From: a virus
Lineage: Duplodnaviria > Caudoviricetes
Virus record (IMG/VR): IMGVR_UViG_3300042870_001240
DNA length: 64,000 nucleotides
Reading direction: 5' to 3' (one strand)
The position numbers and the translations under genes are program-made. A model generated the notes under the pieces. The model saw only the letters and a program-made list of their open reading frames with translations, made no database searches and was not told the DNA's origin. Shown piece by piece: positions 53,201 through 63,700 of this stretch (positions are counted from its first letter, which is position 1; each line of letters starts with the position of its first letter).

Positions 53201-56200
53201 TTAAGTAAATTTAAATGTTACTGGAAACAATTTATAAAAATCAGTTCTGCTAGTGTCAGTAGTTGTCCCGTCAGCTAAAACGGGTTTACTTAACACAGTA
53301 ATACTAAACGAATAGGTCCCTTTAATATCTGCCGATGATGTACTAAGAATATTACACCCTACCTCCTCTAATAACGTCTCAATATCTACCGTAAAAGTTT
53401 GTTTGTTACTTGAAATTAACGAATTAAGATTATTAAATCCTGCTCCAGTCCCACTACCATCCCCACATTCAGAATCAATATTATAATCGAAATGAGCTCC
53501 AAATATATTATATAACCCTGTTGACCCATTAACCGTAACCGTTAACTTTTCAAACATTGGCGGATTTGCCACAGTATAAGAATTAACACCATTTAATGGT
53601 ACAACAGTATTAGATGGTACGGGTGTTGGTGAAGGTGTCGGTGTTGGTGTCGGTACTATCTGCGAGACTCCATTCCAAATATCTAAAGATTTTTGAACTT
53701 TAGATTCAATATTAGATAATTGAGTTGGGTCCATAGTGGTGTAAACATTTGAATCATTTTGTTTTGCCCCAAAATATAATATCCAAAATTTAGTAATCTC
53801 TTTTGCCGAATTATTAGGTAAAACAACCATACTGTTTTTCCATTTTTCTAATAAAATTGTAATATTATTAGTTAAATCATCAAACAATGCGTATGGTAAT
53901 GTTGTTGTGTCAGATTTTAAACAAAAATAATTTTGTGCTCCGAAATATGTTGACGGTTTTTCTCCCCAATATTTTGATAAGTCGATACCCGCAAAATTAT
54001 TTTCATATGCTTCAAACCCTGTCGAAGTTCCTGACTCTAAATATAATGCTGCAAACACCGCGTATTTTAATTTACCATCATCAGGAATGTTTCTAGAGGA
54101 TAATAAATTAACTATCGTATCCTTAACCTCTTTAAAAGTTACCTTACTACTTTGTGGTGTTATTGGGGTATATCTACTATAGTCTGATGCGGGAGTACAA
54201 GCTTGTGTCTGTGTTAACTCTTTACTACCATTAGCGTTTGATACCACTTTATTTTTTTGAGATATAACGTTTCCACTTGCATCCTTAGTCAATTGTTTTT
54301 TCGCCTCTTTGTTTTTAGTAATAATCGATTGTAACAAATTTGTTTTAAGTGATTGTAAATACGCATCAATTTTAGGTAACGATGCAATAGGTTGTCTAAC
54401 CCCTTCAATAATAGTATCAAAATTACCAGGACTTATATTATGATTAACACTTAATATCATATATGGTCCACTAAACATTGGGACATGTCTTAAGTTAAAA
54501 TACATTGTAGGTTGTATCATAGCGTTACCCATCATAGTTATTTGACATCCATAACTCCTATTTTTATATAAATTATATAAAGATGTACTTTGTGTTGACC
54601 CTTTTCTACCTCCACCTTGATTTGCCATCTGATTTAGTATTTCCATCCCTTCCGCAGTCGCCTTACCAGCACTTTGGTCTACTTGGAAACTTTTAAATAT
54701 CTGTTGGTTTTGTGGTCCAATATCAACATTAAATCCGACCACCTTATTAGATTTATCCCAATCTTTTTTACCCACTTGATTTTCGACTAACGGATTATCA
54801 CTAGCTCTACGTAAATCAAACGCATCATTTCTATAACGATAATCAACATTATTTTTTAAATCTAATTGTTCACTTGGTTTACCCGCATAAAAACAAACCA
54901 ATTTTGAAGAGGAATCCCTATAATCAACATTTAAAAAGGTGCCAAACAAATTATTTGCAAAGTCTGCGGTTCCATCAATTCTTGGTATTGGGTTTTTCAC
55001 CGCATTTTGTACGTTATAAAAATTAATATATGATGGGATATTCATTACCACAAAATGATTTTCAATTAAAATACTTTGGACAAAAGATAACATAGACGCT
55101 TTTACAGGTAAGTTTAATAATCTATCCTTTAATTTGTAAACATCGATTAAAACTTTTTCTCCAATATTCCTACTCGCCCTATCTAATAATAAAACGTCTT
55201 CAAATAATGTTTTTGTTTTAAAATCATTTCCTGAAATCCATTTATCATTTAAGGCTTTAAATGTTTCCCATAATTCAACTTTAGGTTGGTTTCCTTGTAA
55301 ATCAGACTCGACTTGACCTTCAGTACCAATTGTTGTTGTGGGTAACGATGATTGTAATTTAGGTATTAAATTATTAACGATTTTTGATTGAAAATTATTA
55401 ATATCCAATAAATAATTTGTCATCGCTTTATAAAACGCCCCTTCACCCGCTTTATTTATTGGGTTAGGTACTTGGGGATATTCATCTTGTCGAGCAAACA
55501 CCGTTTCAACAATGAATTGTTTATCAGTAGGTCCTGTAGATAAAGAACCAAAGAATGCAATGATGGTTTCATTTATTAATGTTTGAGTATTACCTGTGGT
55601 TGTTGGCAAAATGCTTGGTAAACTTTCATACAATATAACACCCTCTTTGTTTGATAAATATGAAATTTTTTGTGGTCCAACTTGTCTAACCGTAATTGTG
55701 TCTCCACTTAAAAGAGTGGTAAATGAAACTTTTTTACTTGGTGATGATATCGGTGCGTCAGGTGGTGCAATCGGATTACTTTGAAATTGGTTTAACTTCT
55801 GAGTTGCATATATTTTTATTACTGTAGCAAATAATTTAATGTTATCCACCGTAAAAGCAACATTTAAATCCACAAAAAAATCCGTTATATAAGAACCATT
55901 GTCATCATAAACTAATTCAGGTATCTCTGAAAATCCCACATAGGTATATAATGTTGACCATTCATTAGGATAGTTTGTTTTAGATGTTATTAGTGACACT
56001 CCCCCACCATTAGTTGGTATTGCATTAGGTGTCATAACAGTATATGGTTCCCAAGTATATGGGTCAGTTAATGGTAATGATGAAAAAGTATAAAATAGTT
56101 TCTTATCATATAAAGACGGATTACCATATTTGAATACGACATCATAATTTAAAAATTGTCTTAAAATATTAGTTATATTATTTGTTTGGTCGTCTTGTAT

Positions 56201-59200
56201 TTTTTTTACAATGTTAGACCCAATATCACCTGTCACCTTTGGTATCTTTAATAAACTTCTAAATAACATCTGAAAGTTTTTAAACGTTAGAGTGGTTTCA
56301 GTTTCAGGACTATTTGCTTGATTTGATATGGTACTTGAAACATCAGAAGTACTAACCCCCAATGCTCCCGCAATAGCGTTTGCCTGTCCAATATCGTTAG
56401 TTGAATTATTTGGAGTATAATCGTAAATTGATTTTGAGAATTTTAAAAACTCTGTTTCAAATCCATCTAAAACATCTTTTTCAAAAACAGATAACATTTC
56501 ACTCATTTGTGAGTAATCCTTGTCAACACCATTTATTGAGAAATTTTCTTGTTGGCTTTGTCCTGAGAAAATGTGTTTCATATACGCAAACGGTGAGGGT
56601 TTTTTAAGTTTTGACCCATCAAAGTATCCGTAGTTCGGTGCTCCCCAAAATAATCTAACAGACCCATCATACATTGCTTGATTTGAGTTTACCTCAAATT
56701 TCATTTCGTATGACGACCCACTTGGTTTAAAACATTCATTTTTTGTTTGATTTAAAAGAGACCCTTGTGACGGCATCAAATATATATATTTTTTATCTAG
56801 TGTATCAACACTAACCGACCAAGGAATTATTCTTAAATCTCTTGATGGTATTGTTGGGTCAAACCCTTCATTAAGACTAATAATTGCATCATCAACGTAA
56901 TTAATTGAAACTCCTGAGGTTATCCCTGATTGTATTGCACTATCAGTATACCCTGAAAAAACTTCATACCCTTGACAAAAGACATTGAAGTCGTTTATCA
57001 ATTTAGGATAAAATCCTGTATTAATTAATGTTGAAATTTCAGACCCAATAGTGGTGTCTTTTTGTAATACAATATCGATTGGTGCTCCATTAATAATTAA
57101 CCCATAATTTCGAGTATTTGCACTTGTTACAGGGTCAAAATTGGTCGTATAACTAAACCCTGTCCAAGAGGTATCTAATATATCAATATTTTTTTCAACA
57201 TACATTTTATATCTATGCCAAATAGACCCAAACTTTAATATCCATGCGTAAGGTAATTTATGTACAGCACCAAATTTCTTAAGAGCCGCAAAAATATAAT
57301 CTAAATCAGTTGTGGTATTATTATCATACGTTTTAAACTTCTCCCTCATTGTTGCCAATGGTAAACTATTAATGAAAAGATATGCAGAAGCGATGAATGG
57401 ATGTTCATCATTATTTCTGAAATTTTTAACCCCCTCTTGAATTGAGTTGATAAAATATGGTGTATTCATTATTGAGGTAGTTTGGTTATCGCTAACCTCC
57501 CCACTATAGTTAAAATATCTAACATTCCCTTCAGTAATCAATTGAGTTTCAAAAGTTCTATTTTGATACCATGTTTTTAAATCCGTTGAATTAATAACAT
57601 TTGGTGTTTGTCCTGCAAGATAAACAAAGTTAGTTATTGGTCGAATACTATTAGGGGTGTTTGTGGTAACAAAACTTGTTATTAATTTTATGTTTGGATT
57701 ATATTTTAAAACTTTAGTAGTATTAAGAGCCCCGTTAGCATCTAAAATTGTTGTCCCATTTGCCAAATATGTTTTATCCCAAGTTCTATTAGTAAATGGA
57801 AAAGTATCACCTAAATCAAATTTGTTTGATGTTGTGGAATCTTCAATATATTCCGACATAGCGATTTCATTTGGCAATGAGACCGATGGTTGTGATTCAG
57901 AACTATTTAAAATATTCACATTAATAAATTGGAATCCTCCGTTTGTAACAGTATTTTTAATGTATGGAGTATTAAAAATTCCTCTAATATAGTTTTGCCA
58001 ACTTTCTCCTAATCCGCTATTTGAGAATTGTCTTAAGATTGTTGGGAAGTTAGTCGCATTAAACCCATACTCTTTTAGTTTTTGAATAATAAAAGGATTA
58101 TCATTTGATAAACTTTTAACAATGTTATTGTTTTCGGCTTCGGCAATCAGATTAGTAATCTTATCTGCATCCGATGTAAATCCATTACTCCTTGATAGTC
58201 TTGAGTAGTATGATGTTAAAATTATTCGTTCATAAATCTCAAAGAAAAATTTAACCTCTTCCTTATTTCCATAAACCCAATTTCCAATTGGGAATTCGAT
58301 AGCATCTAATGAAACCCTTTGTGGTTGGGTCAATTCATTTGAGTTTGCCGTTGGGTCGGCAGGAGGTAATGTTCTTTCAGTAAAACCTTTAATAAACTCC
58401 TCCACAAATTCTATTTCTGGCCAAACATTGAATAAATACCCCTTACTTCGATTAATAATCTTAGGGTCACCTGGATAAGTAATTTCATATTTTTCTTGAC
58501 CATCTTCTCCTGATGTTTCAACGATTAATTGTGGCCATGGATATACAGGTTCTTTAGAATTATCTCCCGAGGAAAGATTATCTGTAGATGCTCCCGCAAC
58601 TTGTTTGTCAAAAATAATATCTTTTCGATATTTATTATCTCTTTGGTTCCAAGCACTAGTATGAACATCATCCATCAATCTTAAAAACGCCTCTCCATTA
58701 GCAAAAATAACCGCCAAAACATTTCTTATGTTTGGGACAAATCCAATTCCACTGTCCTTACTTTGTAATAACTTAGATAATGCTTCTGTTAATTCTACCT
58801 CAATCTGTTGTTCTTTTTCGGTTAATATTTTGGTTAACTTATCTATTTTATCAACAAATCGTTTATTCCCTTCAAAAACATGATAAACATAAATTGGTTG
58901 TTGTTTACCGTCACGGTCAACATATTTACCTGAATTAAAATTTTTATTCTTATCTAACTCTGCCTGTAGCTCGGTTAAATCAGTTGGGTCTAAAGGTTCT
59001 TTATCATTATTTTTTTCCTTAAATGTTGTTACTAAATCAACGTCATTTGATGTTATTTCTATTGTAAAATCACTATAATCAATATCACAAACTATTTGAC
59101 ATTGTTTGGTTTTATCGTCAATTTTATATGAACCGTTTTTACCAACAGAAGTATTTTCATTTAATTTTGTATTGTATTCCGCGATAAGTTTTTTTAATTC

Positions 59201-60421
59201 TGAAATAGCGGTATTTTGTTGTTGAAGAGTTTTAAATTCAGGTTTAAATGAATAAATTTTAGTATCACTATTATTTAAACTAACTCCACTTGATAACATC
59301 GACCCTTTCTTTAATACAAAAAAATTTTTCTTATCCATGTACTTATCAAACCAAGATACTTTATCAGCATAATAAACATCTTTTTGGTAGGCAATTAATT
59401 GACTTCTATACGTGTCAACATTAGTTAATGGGTCTAAATTTTGTTTACTAAAAGAATCTAAAATATTTTTAATAAAATTCTCAATCCTGTTTTGCATTTG
59501 AACAAGAGTCAATTCTGGAAAATCATCAGGAATTAATCCTTTAGTTTTATACTCACTATACATCTCCCTAACTTTTTGATATCCTCTTTCATAAATTGTA
59601 TCGTCAACATTAGAAAATTGGCTTGCATTACCACTTGTTGTCTGTATTTTTACCCTTGATTTATACATGTGCGGAGCAGCAATTAAGTATCCCATTGACA
59701 CTTCACTTAAAATTGTGTACTTGTAAGTTAAAAAATTCAATTCAATATGGAAATTACCTGAGCTAGTGTTATATCTCGAAGTAAAATCTTTTAACATTAT
59801 CGGTAATCGAACTGCTTTACCATAATACCCTTTTATAGTTAAATAAAATAGTGGATACGGTAAATTAAAAAACGCGGCATAAGGTGAATTATCACCACCT
59901 TCAAATAACGCCCTTCCTTTTATGTCCTCCATAGATATATGAATGGTTGACATAAACGAAGTGTTTTGTCTTATAGAAATACTTGTAATACCTAACAATC
60001 CATTATCAGTCGAACCTGGTTTACCACCTGAGTTAATTGTTTGTCTGATATAAAAATCGGTATCGTTTTTAGGGTTGGTTACTGAGGTCTGTTTTGGTTG
60101 GTTAACTCCCTTCCCTTGAATGGTGTCTTTTCCTGTGAACTCATCGGTGTATTCATTATCCAAAAAAGTCTTTCCCGCAGGCTTTAAAAAATTCATAGAC
60201 GCCACTGAAATAGTTTGGATGGCATCATTACTTGCGGTTCCCACGGATAACTTAGTCCTTGGAAGAACTTTACACTCCAAATTGGCATACATTACTAAGT
60301 CTTCTTGTCTAACATGTCTGTCAGAGGCAACACCTTGCTCGTCAACAACTTTGTTTGGGTCAATTATTGTAATGTTATTGTAGTCGAGTTCGACCAATAT
60401 GTTTTCTGGTTTACCTACCAT
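53201..60421 (-). CDS. giant baseplate hub-like protein (gp27/gpD-type C-terminal motif) with a lysozyme-like (GH73-like) domain
   Basis: CQITMMGNAMIQPTMYFNL...FSGPYMILSVNHNISPGNFDTIIEGVR; LYLESG...NNFAGIDL...YALF. Confidence 0.6.
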   Translation of the reverse strand: MVGKPENILVELDYNNITIIDPNKVVDEQGVASDRHVRQEDLVMYANLECKVLPRTKLSVGTASNDAIQTISVASMNFLKPAGKTFLDNEYTDEFTGKDTIQGKGVNQPKQTSVTNPKNDTDFYIRQTINSGGKPGSTDNGLLGITSISIRQNTSFMSTIHISMEDIKGRALFEGGDNSPYAAFFNLPYPLFYLTIKGYYGKAVRLPIMLKDFTSRYNTSSGNFHIELNFLTYKYTILSEVSMGYLIAAPHMYKSRVKIQTTSGNASQFSNVDDTIYERGYQKVREMYSEYKTKGLIPDDFPELTLVQMQNRIENFIKNILDSFSKQNLDPLTNVDTYRSQLIAYQKDVYYADKVSWFDKYMDKKNFFVLKKGSMLSSGVSLNNSDTKIYSFKPEFKTLQQQNTAISELKKLIAEYNTKLNENTSVGKNGSYKIDDKTKQCQIVCDIDYSDFTIEITSNDVDLVTTFKEKNNDKEPLDPTDLTELQAELDKNKNFNSGKYVDRDGKQQPIYVYHVFEGNKRFVDKIDKLTKILTEKEQQIEVELTEALSKLLQSKDSGIGFVPNIRNVLAVIFANGEAFLRLMDDVHTSAWNQRDNKYRKDIIFDKQVAGASTDNLSSGDNSKEPVYPWPQLIVETSGEDGQEKYEITYPGDPKIINRSKGYLFNVWPEIEFVEEFIKGFTERTLPPADPTANSNELTQPQRVSLDAIEFPIGNWVYGNKEEVKFFFEIYERIILTSYYSRLSRSNGFTSDADKITNLIAEAENNNIVKSLSNDNPFIIQKLKEYGFNATNFPTILRQFSNSGLGESWQNYIRGIFNTPYIKNTVTNGGFQFINVNILNSSESQPSVSLPNEIAMSEYIEDSTTSNKFDLGDTFPFTNRTWDKTYLANGTTILDANGALNTTKVLKYNPNIKLITSFVTTNTPNSIRPITNFVYLAGQTPNVINSTDLKTWYQNRTFETQLITEGNVRYFNYSGEVSDNQTTSIMNTPYFINSIQEGVKNFRNNDEHPFIASAYLFINSLPLATMREKFKTYDNNTTTDLDYIFAALKKFGAVHKLPYAWILKFGSIWHRYKMYVEKNIDILDTSWTGFSYTTNFDPVTSANTRNYGLIINGAPIDIVLQKDTTIGSEISTLINTGFYPKLINDFNVFCQGYEVFSGYTDSAIQSGITSGVSINYVDDAIISLNEGFDPTIPSRDLRIIPWSVSVDTLDKKYIYLMPSQGSLLNQTKNECFKPSGSSYEMKFEVNSNQAMYDGSVRLFWGAPNYGYFDGSKLKKPSPFAYMKHIFSGQSQQENFSINGVDKDYSQMSEMLSVFEKDVLDGFETEFLKFSKSIYDYTPNNSTNDIGQANAIAGALGVSTSDVSSTISNQANSPETETTLTFKNFQMLFRSLLKIPKVTGDIGSNIVKKIQDDQTNNITNILRQFLNYDVVFKYGNPSLYDKKLFYTFSSLPLTDPYTWEPYTVMTPNAIPTNGGGVSLITSKTNYPNEWSTLYTYVGFSEIPELVYDDNGSYITDFFVDLNVAFTVDNIKLFATVIKIYATQKLNQFQSNPIAPPDAPISSPSKKVSFTTLLSGDTITVRQVGPQKISYLSNKEGVILYESLPSILPTTTGNTQTLINETIIAFFGSLSTGPTDKQFIVETVFARQDEYPQVPNPINKAGEGAFYKAMTNYLLDINNFQSKIVNNLIPKLQSSLPTTTIGTEGQVESDLQGNQPKVELWETFKALNDKWISGNDFKTKTLFEDVLLLDRASRNIGEKVLIDVYKLKDRLLNLPVKASMLSFVQSILIENHFVVMNIPSYINFYNVQNAVKNPIPRIDGTADFANNLFGTFLNVDYRDSSSKLVCFYAGKPSEQLDLKNNVDYRYRNDAFDLRRASDNPLVENQVGKKDWDKSNKVVGFNVDIGPQNQQIFKSFQVDQSAGKATAEGMEILNQMANQGGGRKGSTQSTSLYNLYKNRSYGCQITMMGNAMIQPTMYFNLRHVPMFSGPYMILSVNHNISPGNFDTIIEGVRQPIASLPKIDAYLQSLKTNLLQSIITKNKEAKKQLTKDASGNVISQKNKVVSNANGSKELTQTQACTPASDYSRYTPITPQSSKVTFKEVKDTIVNLLSSRNIPDDGKLKYAVFAALYLESGTSTGFEAYENNFAGIDLSKYWGEKPSTYFGAQNYFCLKSDTTTLPYALFDDLTNNITILLEKWKNSMVVLPNNSAKEITKFWILYFGAKQNDSNVYTTMDPTQLSNIESKVQKSLDIWNGVSQIVPTPTPTPSPTPVPSNTVVPLNGVNSYTVANPPMFEKLTVTVNGSTGLYNIFGAHFDYNIDSECGDGSGTGAGFNNLNSLISSNKQTFTVDIETLLEEVGCNILSTSSADIKGTYSFSITVLSKPVLADGTTTDTSRTDFYKLFPVTFKFT

Positions 60422-60734
60422 AATAGAAGAAATGATTGTCTAATTGATTTTTATAGTCCTGTAAAGAAGCTACTAAAGGAAATGGAATTGTCAAGATAGC
60501 ACCGTCAGGAATATTCCATTCTTGTCCTCCATATGTTGGATTACCTTGCATAATCAACCACCCAAAAGTTGGCGAGCCATAATATTGTTGGGAAACTTTA
60601 TCCATTCTTGACTGTCCAACCTTATATATATACCTTTTATCGGTAGATTTAGTGGGTAATGTGATATAAGGAACAACTGTTTGCTGACCATCAAGAATAA
60701 AATTGCTATATCTGTTATAATTTTGTTTTGCCAT
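60411..60734 (-). CDS. baseplate wedge gp53 / tail X-like LysM-type protein
   Basis: RMDKVSQQYYGSPTFGWLIMQGNP...IPDGAILTIP. Confidence 0.75.
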   Translation of the reverse strand: MAKQNYNRYSNFILDGQQTVVPYITLPTKSTDKRYIYKVGQSRMDKVSQQYYGSPTFGWLIMQGNPTYGGQEWNIPDGAILTIPFPLVASLQDYKNQLDNHFFYYGR

Positions 60735-60736
60735 GG

Positions 60737-63700
60737 TTAATCAAATTTAATTTTTCCAAGATAAGTCTTTTTATTATCAGGCTCAATATTAACAGTTTTA
60801 TATAAATCACTTATCCAACCTGATTGTTCTTTAACTTTAGCAGCATCGGTTAATGGAATAGTCGTATAAGCAAATTTTCTTGTCTTACCTTTAGGATACA
60901 TGGTTTCCTCAATACCGTCAGTTAATTTTTTATAATCTGAAGATTTTTTTAATTTTGTAAACATTTTTTCTTCATCCTTTAGTTCTGATTTATAATCGTC
61001 AGATAAATCATTAACAATTTTTTCAAATTTATTTTTTAAATTTACAGGGTCTTTTAATGTTGTTAAATCACCTTTAATCACATAGTTAATAAATTCATCT
61101 TTTTTATTTTTATCGGAAAGAATTCTTGCCATAATAAAGAAAAAGGTTTTATCGTAATTTCCAGGAACTGATGGGAACTTATCCTGATTCAACACCTTAA
61201 AGTCACCACCACGATATGGGTCACCAATAAATGCTATTTGATAGTCATTACTACCTAATAAAGCATTAAATTTAGTGGTTGCAGCGTTTAGTGATTGGAA
61301 ATCAAATACTAATTCTCTATAGGTTGTGTCAGGTATATTAGTTCCCGTTTTACTTGATTCGCTAACTTGGGTTGTTGCCGACAAATTATAAATTCTGGGT
61401 GTATTAGTATCTAAAAGTTTACCGTCAGTCAAATTCGTAACCAAATTAATTTTTCTAATTATCTGAACATAGTTTTGTTCAAAAACCACGACTTCTTGCA
61501 TAATTGTAGTAATTCCATTTGAAAATGTTGTTTCCAAACTATTAACATAATCAACCATATTAGTTCTAACGTCTCTGATAGCTTTTGAATTCGGGTCAAA
61601 GTTTTTTAATAAACCTTTAATGATTGGGTTATTAGTACTATTTATTGCGGCAATTGCGTCAGTAAATTGTTTTTTAATTAAATCAGTATCTTTTTCTGTA
61701 TAATTTGATTTACCATATATTTCCACCGCTCTCGGAACGGGATTAACTGTACCTCCGCTTGCAACACCTTCATTATAGTTTCGTTTTGAATTTAACATTT
61801 GTACAACCCCATAGTTATAACTTGAGTTAACACTCTCTAATTTATTGGTAACTAATTCGAAATAATTTTTAGTTTCTGTTAATAAACTATCCATAATTTT
61901 TTGATACCCAATTTCACCTGTTTGTCCACTAGGAACGGGGATATTAGTTATAATTTCTCCAATAGTTGTTCCACCATTATTTGTCGGAGGATTGTCAACA
62001 TTTGCAACAGTTGCAGGTGTCTGAGACGCTAAAATAGCATCAACAACACTTTTATCTAATGCTGAAGTATCTTCAGTCCAAACTGACCTTTCATCATATA
62101 TTTCTGTATTTGCATAATAATTAAACGATAGTGCGTTTTGTAATCTTTCTACAGGTTCTTTTAGACCCATACCACCAATAATGTTGAATCCCATACTGAC
62201 ATTGGCAAGCATAGGTTGTATACCAATACCTTCAGGGTTCATATCAAATAATAAAGGTTCATATGAAAAAGATAATGATGTTGGGATAATCTTACTATTA
62301 ACAAAATCACCTAATCTTAGAATTAATACGGGTGGTGCACCAAATGACGTATTAACTGCATCATTATATTTTGGTTTACCGTCAGTGCCAATTGTTGGAA
62401 TGGTTTCTCCAGGTCTAACACATTGATTTAAAAAGGTTAGACGAGCGTTTAACCCTTCAGGAGTTGTTGAGTGGAACGCAGGATTAAAGTATTTAATCTT
62501 TTCTTTAAACGAGTCATATACCATTGGTGACTCTTGTTTAATAACTTCAAAATAATCACACTCAGATAAAAGTCCTCTTAATATTTTCTTAGTAATCCCT
62601 TCCTTAATTTTCTTAATTGTATCAACTGTTGGTACTGGTTTTGGAACATCAACATTCACAGTTTTAATTTCTTTAATTGGGTCAGGTGTTGGAGCAGGTT
62701 TAGGGGGTATAACAACATCAATTGTTTTAACTCTAACTCGTCTACAAGCCATAGCACTTACCGCATATATTTGTGAATTTGAGGTTACTTTACCTGTCTT
62801 ATCTTTTTGATTAACTCTACAATCAACATCAAATCCTGTCGTTGTTCCTGCTATAGGGATGACAGTTTCTTCTCCTGTTCCAGGGTCTGCCTTTATAATA
62901 AACCTACCATTAGTTATAAATGGTCCTAATGAAGCGTCCCCATCTTTGTAATTTTGGAAGAAGTTTTTAATTGAACTGATTCTTCTTTCAGACAAGGCTT
63001 TGTTATATGGAACAGTTGCAACTGCGGATGCGGAACCCTCCATAACAACACTAATTTTTGCTTCAGGATTACTTGTTAATAAATTAAACGCATCTTTAAC
63101 AAAACCTTTACTAAAAGTATTAAAGTTAGTTATTACTACAGTGTTGAAGAACTGTTCAACATTAACCTCTCTATCATCTGAGTTAAATGTGCTTTTTGCT
63201 CTATCCACGTATTTGTCAATATTACTCGTTGAGGTATAAGTCCCATATATAGATTGATAATCAACTGTGGTTGTTGTCTCAGGATTTTTACCAGGAATAT
63301 CATTTTCAAAATAGAAAGCAAAATCTAAATACTTATTTTCAAACTCCGCACCTGAAGTATCGTCAGTTACCGCAGTTTTAGTGTTTGTATTCGGATTATT
63401 ACCTGTAGTATCAGTATTTTCTTTGGAAAGTTCCGTATTAATACCTGCCCACTCTTCATCGGTCAATCTTGGGTTATTTAAAACTTGTTGATATGTAAAT
63501 AAATCCGCAGCAGGAATTGTATTATATTTTTTCGCCAATTCATAGATATCGAATTTAACACATCCCGCAAAAAACGAATCCATAATTGAGTTTAGTTTCT
63601 CTTTGTTTTGACCCTTTAATTGTTTTTCCGCAACAATATTCATTACTGATGGGTGGTCAACAATCATCTTCCAAGATAAAGTCCCTGTTCTTGAGGTACT

